DNA from: Nitrososphaeria archaeon
GTDB taxonomy: Archaea; Thermoproteota; Nitrososphaeria; Geothermarchaeales; JDFR-13
Assembly: GCA_027078545.1 (NCBI GenBank)
Contig: JALWXN010000004.1
Coordinates: forward strand, 928,001-992,000
Length of the DNA stretch: 64,000 nucleotides
Direction of reading: 5' to 3'
The notes below the pieces were generated by a model. It made no database searches. It was not told where the DNA came from and was given only the letters and a program-made list of their open reading frames with translations. This document shows positions 1-9,369 of the stretch, one piece after another. Position numbers and translations under genes: made by a program. Positions within the stretch are counted from its first letter, which is position 1, and each line of letters opens with the position of its first letter.

Positions 1-1248
1 GAGCTCAGCAGGCTCAGCAGGACGGATATACACGAGGTATCAAGATACAGCATAGGGAAGATACTCACCACGATAGAGGCCTACGAGGCACTATCAATGG
101 GCCGCGCCATACCTGAGGTGAGGACTGAGTGGGAGGGCTTCAAGGACATCAGGCTCCTAAGCAGGGTCGACAGGGGTGGATACATAGCCAGCCCGAGGCC
201 CGGGCTATACTGGAACGTGGCCCAGTGCGACTTCACAAGCCTATACCCCTCCATAATCGTGAGGTACAACATTGGTAACGAGACCGTCAATAGGCCTGGC
301 TGCAGCAGGGAGATAAGGGTTCCCGAGGCTGGGCACAGGATATGCCTAGACACTAGATCCGTCGTGGCAAGCACGCTGGAGAAGCTCTTGAAGAGGAGGG
401 TCAGGCTTAAAGACATGGCTAGGGAGACTGGCAACCCCATCCTGAATAGTCGGCAGAACGCCTTGAAATGGATACTCGTCACATGCTTCGGATACCTAGG
501 CTATAGGAACGCCCGGTTCGGGAAGATCGAGGCCTATGAATCGGTGACCTCCTACGCGAGGCAGATAATGTATAGGGCTGCAGAGATAGCCAGGGAGATG
601 GGGCTGGAGGTGATCCACATACTGGTGGACAGCATATGGGTATCCGGCGGAGACGAGGAGACCTATAGGAAGTACTGTATGAAGGTAACCCTAGAGACGG
701 GGTTCAGGATGGAGCTCGAGGCCCTCTACAGGTGGCTATACATACCCCCCAACAGGTCGGGCATGGGTGAGGCGGCGATAAACAGGTATGTAGGCGGACT
801 GATGGAGGGTGGCTACAAGGCCAAGGGTGTAGAGATGGTTAGGAGCGATGTCCCCAGGATAGTAGCCGAGTTCCAGCGCTACGCACTCGCACTACTAGCA
901 ACCGCTAAGACCCCTGAGGAGCTTGAACACATGGCCAGTAAGATCCCAGTGCTGATAGATAAGTTCAGAGCCGCCATGTTAAGCGGGGAGGTAGAGCTGG
1001 AGGACCTCGTAGTAACACGTAGACTCTCCAAGAAGCCGGGTGAATACCTGTCTAGACAGCCACATGTAGAGGCGGCCAAGAAGCTTGGTAGATGGGTGGG
1101 CAAGGTGAAGTATATACTCACATCCAGGGGGCCGGTGCCGGTGGAGCTATGGAGACCCTCGATGGGCTACGACGTCGATAAATATGTCGAGATGATGGTT
1201 AGGAGCCTAGCCAGCCTACCAGTACCACTAGAGAGGCTGGGCCTATAA
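1..1248 (+). CDS. polB2: Family B DNA polymerase, PolB2 (Dpo2) group; 5'-truncated by window edge
   Basis: Motif A DFTSLYPSII, motif B QNALKWILVTCFGYLG, motif C altered to HILVDS (PolB2 signature). Frame 1 is open from base 1 (ELSRLSRTDIHEVSRYSIG...). Confidence 0.9.
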   Translation, partial: ELSRLSRTDIHEVSRYSIGKILTTIEAYEALSMGRAIPEVRTEWEGFKDIRLLSRVDRGGYIASPRPGLYWNVAQCDFTSLYPSIIVRYNIGNETVNRPGCSREIRVPEAGHRICLDTRSVVASTLEKLLKRRVRLKDMARETGNPILNSRQNALKWILVTCFGYLGYRNARFGKIEAYESVTSYARQIMYRAAEIAREMGLEVIHILVDSIWVSGGDEETYRKYCMKVTLETGFRMELEALYRWLYIPPNRSGMGEAAINRYVGGLMEGGYKAKGVEMVRSDVPRIVAEFQRYALALLATAKTPEELEHMASKIPVLIDKFRAAMLSGEVELEDLVVTRRLSKKPGEYLSRQPHVEAAKKLGRWVGKVKYILTSRGPVPVELWRPSMGYDVDKYVEMMVRSLASLPVPLERLGL

Positions 1249-1288
1249 ACCCCTCCAAACATATCCGCCCCGGTATAGACCGAATCTC

Positions 1289-1302
1289 TGAATATATATT
1301 CA
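1289..1302. promoter_or_regulatory. Perfect 14-bp palindrome TGAATATATATTCA over a TATA-like element
   Basis: Seen directly, about 45 bp upstream of the 1345 start. Confidence 0.4.
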
Positions 1303-1344
1303 ATAAGCAATATACAATGGGGACACAGATGGGTATGATGCCTC

Positions 1345-3423
1345 TTGAACCGATACCTCTACCTACTATTATCCATACCAATACTCCTCCTACTGCCACA
1401 GACAGTGGTGACGGCTAACACCTATATAGTGCCGATAGACTACCCCACCATACAGGACGCGGTGGACAACGTACCGCCAGGATCCACGATAAGGATACTC
1501 GGAACAGTGGTGGAGAACGGGATAGTGATAGACAAGACCCTGACAATAGAAGGCGGAGTGGTGGACTATGGAGATGACTGGGGCTTCTACATAAGGCGGG
1601 GAACAACCACCTTTAGGGACATCACACTCAGGGCCAGGTATCTCTGGTACAACAGTATAATCCCGCCGACATTCACATACTCAGCCTCGGCGGGCATAAT
1701 AGCGATGGACTCCGAGGTAGTTATAGACAACGTCACTATCCATACCGATGGCCGTATCCAGGATAGGTCGGAGAAGATCTCCTACTACTACGGCATAGTC
1801 GGTAGGGACAGGAGCATAGTCAGGGGCGACGGGCTCAACATATCCGAGATGGATATAGGGATAGAGATGAGCGACACCCAGAAATCTATCACGCCCCAAT
1901 GCTACCTGATATACACCGCATATACGAAGTGCCTAGTAGGCGGTGTCGACAAGAGTGTTACCCTAGACGTCTCTAACGTAACTATCCAGAGCGAGGTAGG
2001 CGTAGCCATATTCAGCATGTATCCAAATGACTACTACAGGGTTAGGGACTTCAACATCACCGGTGAGATCCCCATCTATATAAGGAACACATTCAAGGAC
2101 ACTAGCAAGACCGACTTCTCCACATTCATCTTCGCCGGGGGAGAACTGAGGAGCATACCCGACGAGGGAAAGTTCATTCAGCCCTATGGAACAGGGGTAT
2201 ACATAGTATCGATGGGGATGACCGACTTCACGCTCAGTGACGCCCTGGTATATGGCGAGAGGTATGGAGTACAGCATCAGGAGGCGGGTGGAGAGGTCAA
2301 GTATACACGTTGGCGAATAGCGGTTGAGAGGAGCAGCATACTGGCATATACAAATGGGTTTAGGTATGACTCGGCCCAACCAAAGGCAACAGTATCTAAC
2401 GATGTAGACGTCTTTATCAGGGATACGTTGATAAACTCTTATGCCAGTACTGTCAGTGAGGGAATATTTATAACATCGACAAACCCGTTGCGGAACTATC
2501 TACATGTAGAGGTGATCAACACAAATATCAGCGGCTTTTATATAGGCCTATCATTCAGGTTCGACAGGATAAACATGTTCAACTTAACGATGCACCGTCT
2601 ATTCTTCCTAAACCCGAGTGGATATGGACTCAGCGTATGGACAGTAACCTTCGAAAAGGGATATTTATGGGCAGGATATAGCCTACTATACAGCATAATA
2701 GTAATGACAGAGACAGACTACCCCTTCTACCTCTATGAGACGGTCTATGACGAGAAGAACTCCCTGATCTGGGGCAAGATAGAGATAGAGGTCTGGTGGA
2801 CACTCCTGACAGAGGTATTCAGCAGTCTAACCAACAACCCGATCCAGGGAGCCACGGTAACCTATAACTGGGACATAGGCACAGCCTCAGGCCTCACCGA
2901 CTCCGCTGGAAGATATACCTACCAGTTCCACTACAAGTATGGAAACGGGCCTAGATATGGGCCGGGATATACCTTTGTAAACACCATATGGGTGGGCGCC
3001 AACTACTACGGAGTATCAGCGTCGACTACGCATCTAACATACTTTGGAGACACATTGACGAGTCCCAGCTGGTATAGACACATAGACTTCTACCTACCCG
3101 CCCTGATCCTCAAGGTCCTAGGCTTCAGCCACGACATGGGGACTACATACCTAGTCATAAGGGGTCTTGAGGGGGCCTTCATAGGCTACTACAGCTATAC
3201 ACCTGACGAGATAAGGGTTCCGCCGAGTATCCAAGACCTCTCCACAGGGTATAGGAAGTACCCCCTGAGGATAGCCTCGATAATCTTCCAGGGAGCCTAT
3301 ACAAGGGTCGATGCACAGATATTCTACGATGGCTATTGGCAGCCGACCACGATATATATTGGACGGGTAACCGGGATGGTCTGGAGCCCAGGCCCGGTAG
3401 ACTTCAGGGGCTGGCTAGGATAG
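1345..3423 (+). CDS. Secreted/cell-surface right-handed beta-helix (pectin lyase-like) protein
   Basis: Signal peptide; cap motif VPIDYPTIQDAVDN; repetitive beta-strand pattern; late PIQGATVT...GLTDSAG (carboxypeptidase-regulatory-like) motif; many N-x-S/T sequons. Confidence 0.7.
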   Translation: MNRYLYLLLSIPILLLLPQTVVTANTYIVPIDYPTIQDAVDNVPPGSTIRILGTVVENGIVIDKTLTIEGGVVDYGDDWGFYIRRGTTTFRDITLRARYLWYNSIIPPTFTYSASAGIIAMDSEVVIDNVTIHTDGRIQDRSEKISYYYGIVGRDRSIVRGDGLNISEMDIGIEMSDTQKSITPQCYLIYTAYTKCLVGGVDKSVTLDVSNVTIQSEVGVAIFSMYPNDYYRVRDFNITGEIPIYIRNTFKDTSKTDFSTFIFAGGELRSIPDEGKFIQPYGTGVYIVSMGMTDFTLSDALVYGERYGVQHQEAGGEVKYTRWRIAVERSSILAYTNGFRYDSAQPKATVSNDVDVFIRDTLINSYASTVSEGIFITSTNPLRNYLHVEVINTNISGFYIGLSFRFDRINMFNLTMHRLFFLNPSGYGLSVWTVTFEKGYLWAGYSLLYSIIVMTETDYPFYLYETVYDEKNSLIWGKIEIEVWWTLLTEVFSSLTNNPIQGATVTYNWDIGTASGLTDSAGRYTYQFHYKYGNGPRYGPGYTFVNTIWVGANYYGVSASTTHLTYFGDTLTSPSWYRHIDFYLPALILKVLGFSHDMGTTYLVIRGLEGAFIGYYSYTPDEIRVPPSIQDLSTGYRKYPLRIASIIFQGAYTRVDAQIFYDGYWQPTTIYIGRVTGMVWSPGPVDFRGWLG

Positions 3424-3513
3424 CCCCAAAACCTATATTTTTTAACCATAGCCCCAAGACACTCCTCCAAAGCCACACCATTTAATCCCCATCATACAGG
3501 GATTATTATCCAC

Positions 3514-5427
3514 ATGGAGATGCTTTGGCACCCGCCCCAGGAGCTCGTCGAGAACAGTAATGTGATGAGGGTTATTAGGGAGCTTGGGCTGGACAGCTAT
3601 GAAGACCTACTCAGGAGGAGTATAGAGGACCATGAATGGTTCTGGGGATGGCTCCCAGAACTCCTAGGAATAGAGTGGTTCAGACCCTTCGACAAGGTCG
3701 TCGACTATAGCGAGGGCGTCGAGTGGGCTAGGTGGTACATAGGCGGCCTGATCAACGCTACATACAACGTGCTGGATAAACATATGGATAGCGAGGTGGA
3801 GAGGAGAACCGCCTTCATATGGCAGGGTGAGGACGGATCGGTGGTGGAGTATAGCTATAGGAGGCTCTACAGCGAGGTCAACAGGCTAGCATCAGCCCTT
3901 AGGAGGAGGGGTGTGGAGAGGGGGGAGACCATAGCCATGTATATGCCGATGATGCCGGAGACCGTGGTCGTCCTACTAGCAGCTATGAGGATCGGGGCGG
4001 TGCCCACACCCATATTCTCCGGCTTCGGTAAGGAGGCCGTTAGAACCAGGGTGGAGGACGCCCACTCCAGACTCATATTCACAACCGATGTTGGGTATAG
4101 GAGGGGGCGTAGGATAGACCTCCTAACAACCCTTAGAGAGGCGGTCGAGGGCCTAGACTATGTGGAGGACATCATAATAGTTAAGAGGGCCGGCTCAGAT
4201 GGGACGGACTATAGAGACTTTATAGCCGAGGGCGGGTCATACCAGAGGCCCGAGGAGCTAGACCCCAACCACCCCGCCCTACTCCTATACAGCTCCGGAA
4301 CAACTGGTAAGCCCAAGGGAATAGTGATCTCACACATAGGCGCTTTGATCCAGCCGAGCAAGGAGATATACTTCAACCTAGACCTCAAGCCGGAGGACCT
4401 CTTCATGTGGATAACCGATATTGGCTGGATGATGGGGCCATGGCAGATAATCGGTGTTGGAAACCTAGGGGGGACCCACGCAATCATGGAGGGGGCTCCA
4501 GACTATCCCGGGCCGGACAGGATATGGAGGTTCGTGGCTGAGCACAGGGTGACGATTCTAGGCGGCTCGGCAACACTCTTCCGGATGTTCAAGAAGTATG
4601 GGAGGAGATATGTCGAGATGCACGACACATCCTCTATAAGGATACTCGGGAACACGGGTGAGCCGATAGACGAGGACACCTGGAGATGGGTGATGGAGGT
4701 TATCGGGAGGTGGAGAGCCCCCATGATAAACCTGAGCGGGGGGACAGAGATATTTGGATGCCTAGTCCTACCCTCCCCCACAGTCCCCCTGAAGCCCTCA
4801 ACCGTCTATGGACCCGGCCTAGGGATGGATGTAGACGTATTCAACGACGATGGGGAGCCCGTCAGGGAGGAGGTTGGATACCTAGTCTGCAAGACCCCAG
4901 TACCATCCATGACCAGGGGCTTCTGGCGAGACCCGGAGAGATACCTCGAGACCTACTGGACCAGGTGGGAGGGCATCTGGTACCACGGCGACTGGGCCTA
5001 CATCGACAAGGACGGCTACTGGTTCCTACTGGGTAGGGCCGACGACGTGATCAAGATAGCTGGGAAGCGCCTAGGCCCAGCTGAGGTAGAGACAATACTC
5101 AACTCACACCCCATGGTCGCCGAGTCCGCCTGTATAGGCGCCCCAGACCCGTTGAAGGGTGAGAAGCTGGTCTGCTTCGTAAAGACCGTTGGTGAGCCCG
5201 GGCCTGGACTAATAGATGAGCTAAGGGATATGGTGGGGGAGAGGCTCGGGAAGCCCTTCAGACCGGAGGAGATCTACATAGTCCCAGACCTACCCAGGAC
5301 GAGGAGCGGCAAGATTATGAGGCGGGTTCTTAGGGCTATATATACGGATAGCCCGGTCGGCGACGTATCAACCCTGGAGAACCCGGAGGCACTCGAGGGG
5401 GTCAAGGAGGCTCTAGGACGCGCCTGA
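3514..5427 (+). CDS. acs: AMP-forming acyl-CoA synthetase (acetate/propionate-CoA ligase family)
   Basis: YSSGTTGKPKG AMP-binding motif, GRADDVIKIAGKRLG, PRTRSGKIMRR. Confidence 0.9.
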   Translation: MEMLWHPPQELVENSNVMRVIRELGLDSYEDLLRRSIEDHEWFWGWLPELLGIEWFRPFDKVVDYSEGVEWARWYIGGLINATYNVLDKHMDSEVERRTAFIWQGEDGSVVEYSYRRLYSEVNRLASALRRRGVERGETIAMYMPMMPETVVVLLAAMRIGAVPTPIFSGFGKEAVRTRVEDAHSRLIFTTDVGYRRGRRIDLLTTLREAVEGLDYVEDIIIVKRAGSDGTDYRDFIAEGGSYQRPEELDPNHPALLLYSSGTTGKPKGIVISHIGALIQPSKEIYFNLDLKPEDLFMWITDIGWMMGPWQIIGVGNLGGTHAIMEGAPDYPGPDRIWRFVAEHRVTILGGSATLFRMFKKYGRRYVEMHDTSSIRILGNTGEPIDEDTWRWVMEVIGRWRAPMINLSGGTEIFGCLVLPSPTVPLKPSTVYGPGLGMDVDVFNDDGEPVREEVGYLVCKTPVPSMTRGFWRDPERYLETYWTRWEGIWYHGDWAYIDKDGYWFLLGRADDVIKIAGKRLGPAEVETILNSHPMVAESACIGAPDPLKGEKLVCFVKTVGEPGPGLIDELRDMVGERLGKPFRPEEIYIVPDLPRTRSGKIMRRVLRAIYTDSPVGDVSTLENPEALEGVKEALGRA

Positions 5428-5934
5428 AGCCAAGAACCTGGAGGCCTCCCTCCTAGCTACGACCCTATCCAGTAGGAGGAGGGCCACACCTATACCCATT
5501 ATCGGACCCCCAAAGACAATGGTAAAGTCGTAGTCAGGCTCAACCAAGATGTCCAGCAGCAACCTCGGCCTAGAACCATTCACCAACTCCTTGGTCGGCA
5601 CCAGCTCGATATAGACATAGTAGGAGCTGGGAACATCAGCCGTATACTCAAACTTCTCCAAACCCTCGACAACCCCTTCAAACAGCTTCTCAGGACCACC
5701 GCCAAACACACTCCTATAGATAGTTACGTAGGCCTCAGCCTCACTGATGATGCTTATCCTAACAACACCAGAGGTTAGCGAGACGTAGTTAACACCCTTC
5801 TCAGGGATTATCTCGTGGAACTCGTAGAGGAAGCTCTCCGAGATAGGCTCCTGAACACCCCCCAACACCCCCATTAGGACTATGGCTACACCGATGACGA
5901 TGAAATATATCGCCAATACCCTCAACCAGATCAA
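5413..5934 (-). CDS. Membrane protein with N- and C-terminal TM helices and an extracytoplasmic beta domain
   Basis: Two hydrophobic segments; start overlaps the permease stop, so it is the last gene of the ABC operon. Confidence 0.7.
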   Translation of the reverse strand: MIWLRVLAIYFIVIGVAIVLMGVLGGVQEPISESFLYEFHEIIPEKGVNYVSLTSGVVRISIISEAEAYVTIYRSVFGGGPEKLFEGVVEGLEKFEYTADVPSSYYVYIELVPTKELVNGSRPRLLLDILVEPDYDFTIVFGGPIMGIGVALLLLDRVVARREASRFLASGAS

Positions 5935-6890
5935 TCCACCTCAACCCTCCTCAGGAAATAAGCAGCTAGGAGGATAACCATGAGGGATAGGCCAAGGATG
6001 ACAAGGAGATAGACGGATAGGGCAACCAGGGATCCGGGGGCATCCACATAGGGAGGAATTCCATAGGGGCTCATCATCAAGCCTCCTAGGAAACCCTCCC
6101 TCTCGAGTTCATCCAGTATGCCTAGTAGTGCTACATAGCCAATGAATGGTGATGCTGTGGGCTCACCAAATTGAGGATTACCACTCCTTGTGAGCCATCT
6201 CTCAATATGTATGACAAGCTGTGTAAAGACCATGTAGAGCACTGCACTCGAGAGTATGAAGGCAGGTATCTCCCTCCTCACGACCAAAGCGACGGAGAAT
6301 GCTATGGATGACATCAGTATCAGCTCGGGGAGACCCATTATAGACGCTAACAATAGAGAGGAATCGGGACGATAGAAGATGCTACCCACAACGAAGTAGG
6401 TCGAGGTCACGTAGAAAGCCACCATAACGACGTTGAAGAGAATCCTTCCAACGAAATACTCATCCCTGGTTATCGGTAGAGTCATATACCTCTTAAACAC
6501 ACCAGGCCTCAGCATCGACGAAGCCTCCATAGACACATAAGCCGCGACCCCAAGTATCAGGAACATAGGCTCAATAGATACTCTCCAGACGGTCAGTAAG
6601 TGATGCGTAAAGCCGAAGATACCACTACGAACCAAGATGTAGAGCTTCCTCTCAAGATATGCCAATCTATTCAGATTCATAACCACTTCATCGCCAGTGA
6701 TTAGAGGGTCTCCGGATACCAAGATCTCTTCTAGACTTATTCTACTCCCTATACTTATCAAGCCACTTGTAACCAGTGGATAGAACATCAGTATCGTCGA
6801 GCCTACGAGAATCAGGAGATTGAGGAGGTTCAGCTGGCCTATCTCCATCCTCATAACCCTAAGTACAGCCCTAAGCCTCATCCCCACCAC
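5931..6890 (-). CDS. ABC-2 type exporter permease
   Basis: About 6 TM helices; YMTLPITRDEYFVGR loop typical of ABC-2 permeases; follows the ATPase. Confidence 0.8.
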   Translation of the reverse strand: MVGMRLRAVLRVMRMEIGQLNLLNLLILVGSTILMFYPLVTSGLISIGSRISLEEILVSGDPLITGDEVVMNLNRLAYLERKLYILVRSGIFGFTHHLLTVWRVSIEPMFLILGVAAYVSMEASSMLRPGVFKRYMTLPITRDEYFVGRILFNVVMVAFYVTSTYFVVGSIFYRPDSSLLLASIMGLPELILMSSIAFSVALVVRREIPAFILSSAVLYMVFTQLVIHIERWLTRSGNPQFGEPTASPFIGYVALLGILDELEREGFLGGLMMSPYGIPPYVDAPGSLVALSVYLLVILGLSLMVILLAAYFLRRVEVD

Positions 6891-7815
6891 CCAGCCGGAA
6901 GAACACCTGGGTCAAAGGATCCGGATAGAGGGAGACCTCCCAAACAGAGACCCCTAGATCACGGCAGAGCTCAAGAACCTCCATCAACGACTTACGTGGA
7001 TCCCTCAGGAATATGTGGAGGCCAAGCTCATCTATATGATACTCCTCCACACCCCCTATTGTTGAGAGGCCTTCAACCAAGCCCTCCACATCACCATCCA
7101 GCCTGAAGAGGTAGTGGAACCTATCTAGACGTGAGAGGAGCTCCCTAAAGCCTCCAGACGCTACTATCCGTCCACTCCTTATGAAGACGAAGTTGTCGCA
7201 GATCGGTAGGAGGTGTGGCAGTATATGGGACGCTATGATAAAGCTCTTACCACTCCTGGACAGCTCCCTAATCAGGCCGACAAAGGTGATTATACTCTCT
7301 ACATCCACGTTTGAGAAGGGCTCGTCAAGGATGTAGAGGTCGACATCAGGGTTTAGAAGAGTTCTAGCCATCAGGAGTCTCTTAAACATACCCGTCGAGT
7401 AGCCTCCAACCCGCATCCCCAATGCCCAGTCAATCCCGACCATCCTAGCAAGCTCGAGGATACGCCCCTCATGATCATCGATACCCATGGCCTGAGCCTC
7501 CACTTTCAACAGCTGATAGCCAGTCAGCCAACCTGGAAACCCGATCTCATCAGGCATGACACCCATCCTGCTAAAAACCTCAGCCCTCTCCAACCAGGGG
7601 TCAAAGTCGAAAACCCTCACTACACCACTATCAGGCCTGATAAACCCACTAACAATATTGATCGTAGTAGTCTTACCAGCCCCATTAGGCCCTATAAAAC
7701 CAAGGACACCCCCACCAAACTCCAGGGACAACCCGTCCAGAGCCCTGACCTCACCAAAGCTCTTATACACATCCCTAAGCAGAAGAATCAAATGAAACCA
7801 CCCCATCAAGACCAA
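6871..7815 (-). CDS. ABC-2 exporter ATP-binding subunit (true start probably TTG at 7791)
   Basis: Walker A GPNGAGKTT, signature YSTGM, Walker B YILDEP, H-loop ASH. Confidence 0.9.
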   Translation of the reverse strand: MVLMGWFHLILLLRDVYKSFGEVRALDGLSLEFGGGVLGFIGPNGAGKTTTINIVSGFIRPDSGVVRVFDFDPWLERAEVFSRMGVMPDEIGFPGWLTGYQLLKVEAQAMGIDDHEGRILELARMVGIDWALGMRVGGYSTGMFKRLLMARTLLNPDVDLYILDEPFSNVDVESIITFVGLIRELSRSGKSFIIASHILPHLLPICDNFVFIRSGRIVASGGFRELLSRLDRFHYLFRLDGDVEGLVEGLSTIGGVEEYHIDELGLHIFLRDPRKSLMEVLELCRDLGVSVWEVSLYPDPLTQVFFRLGGGDEA

Positions 7816-7959
7816 TACTGCTCATGACAAAATAAATCATCCATTAAAGACCTAACAAAAATGTATCTATGGAGACTATACCACAAACTACAAGTATATA
7901 CAAAAAAGGCAGGGATAAGTACACAAACAAATAAGTTATATGGGATTTAATTACATATC

Positions 7960-8481
7960 ATGAGAACCCTGATTATACTAGTGACAATAATATTAAGCCT
8001 ACTAATCATAGGCAACATCTATGTACAGGGAAGGACAGCTCCAGAGTCCATCGACCCTAGATATGATGAGGACATGTATTATACGACGAGATACTTTCAT
8101 TATACACCTTACTATATGTATGGAAAAGTCGTTGGATGGTACGTACCCAGGGATTCCGGCTACTTTAGGACTATACACGCTGGATCCGGTGCAGATCGAT
8201 ATAACAGAACACTGAGTTATTATAACCATATAGTTATGCTTCGTTTATGTGGAAGGGCCTTCGACTCCAATGGAAACATGATTGCCAATCCCTGCGTTAC
8301 TGAAACCGCCACCCGCCAAGATCGGTATTTATATGAGGTGATTACCGTTGACTATGGAGCTGTAAGGGCGGTCAAGGCCCAGACCTATGTTTATGCCGTC
8401 TTCCACCATTATCATGATAGTACATTCGTAGTGTCATTTTCAGATAGCATTCCGTACAGCTACGTAGAGGTTAACTACTAG
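7960..8481 (+). CDS. Small secreted Tyr-rich protein of unknown function
   Basis: Signal peptide MRTLIILVTIILSLLIIGN; two Cys; TATA-like AAGTTATAT upstream; AT-richer codon use than flanking core genes. Confidence 0.75.
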   Translation: MRTLIILVTIILSLLIIGNIYVQGRTAPESIDPRYDEDMYYTTRYFHYTPYYMYGKVVGWYVPRDSGYFRTIHAGSGADRYNRTLSYYNHIVMLRLCGRAFDSNGNMIANPCVTETATRQDRYLYEVITVDYGAVRAVKAQTYVYAVFHHYHDSTFVVSFSDSIPYSYVEVNY

Positions 8482-8486
8482 GCGAG

Positions 8487-9350
8487 ATGAGGGGCCTAGC
8501 TATATCCCTCACCCTCCTATTTTTATTTATACAGCCACACCCATACTTGATACCCCTCGACGATGAAGGCATATATATGAAATACTCTGGATTCTTCGGG
8601 CTTTACACTCCACTTTACGGGGTTTATAGTGGAGAGCCCCTTGAGCCAGAAATACTGGACGCTACCCCCTTTGTCGAAGGTGAATTGTTGGTAAGGCTCG
8701 ATAAAAACTATATTGAATATGCCATCTACACCATAGAGATCAGGTTTAAGGGGAGTTACGAGGCCCTTGAGAGGCTGGGCCTAGGCACCAGGTTCACTGT
8801 CTCTGTAAAGGTTTACAGGGAAGGGGGCATGATAGACTTCCTGGGCCATCGCATCCCCTTCCTATTCGTAGCCGATCTTGACTATCTCTCCAATGGCCCC
8901 CATGAGATTCGAATATCTATAAACGGGACCTCCAACATCTCGATCAGTTTGCTGGAGCTTGAGGATAGGGTTGAGGAGATTGTTCTGAAGGGAGCATACT
9001 CTGTCCAGACCTTCGGATTGGACAATGGCCACAAGTATCTGGCTGGTATATTTAATGACAAGGATAAGAGGATACTCGCCACTTATTCATATCGTGGATA
9101 CGCCAGATTCTACAACTTCTTGGTTACGCCACTGCTGAGGATGGGTATAGTCATCACCTTCCATGGCAACCTAGTAGATACTAATCTAGAGGGGGTTCAG
9201 AAACAGCCAAGCCCACTAGAGATGTATAGATCACTACTATCCTCACTATTTGGGCCATTCGGGAGTGTCCTCTACTATACCAGCCTCATCACACTTTTAG
9301 GTCTGGTGATAGTGGCACTAGCTAAGCTAATTAGGAGGCTCAGAGGATGA
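8487..9350 (+). CDS. Exported protein with C-terminal membrane anchor (paralog 1)
   Basis: Signal peptide, C-terminal TM plus IRRLRG basic tail; aligns by eye with 9416..10228. Confidence 0.8.
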   Translation: MRGLAISLTLLFLFIQPHPYLIPLDDEGIYMKYSGFFGLYTPLYGVYSGEPLEPEILDATPFVEGELLVRLDKNYIEYAIYTIEIRFKGSYEALERLGLGTRFTVSVKVYREGGMIDFLGHRIPFLFVADLDYLSNGPHEIRISINGTSNISISLLELEDRVEEIVLKGAYSVQTFGLDNGHKYLAGIFNDKDKRILATYSYRGYARFYNFLVTPLLRMGIVITFHGNLVDTNLEGVQKQPSPLEMYRSLLSSLFGPFGSVLYYTSLITLLGLVIVALAKLIRRLRG

Positions 9351-9369
9351 GGAGATCAAGCCCTTGTTC

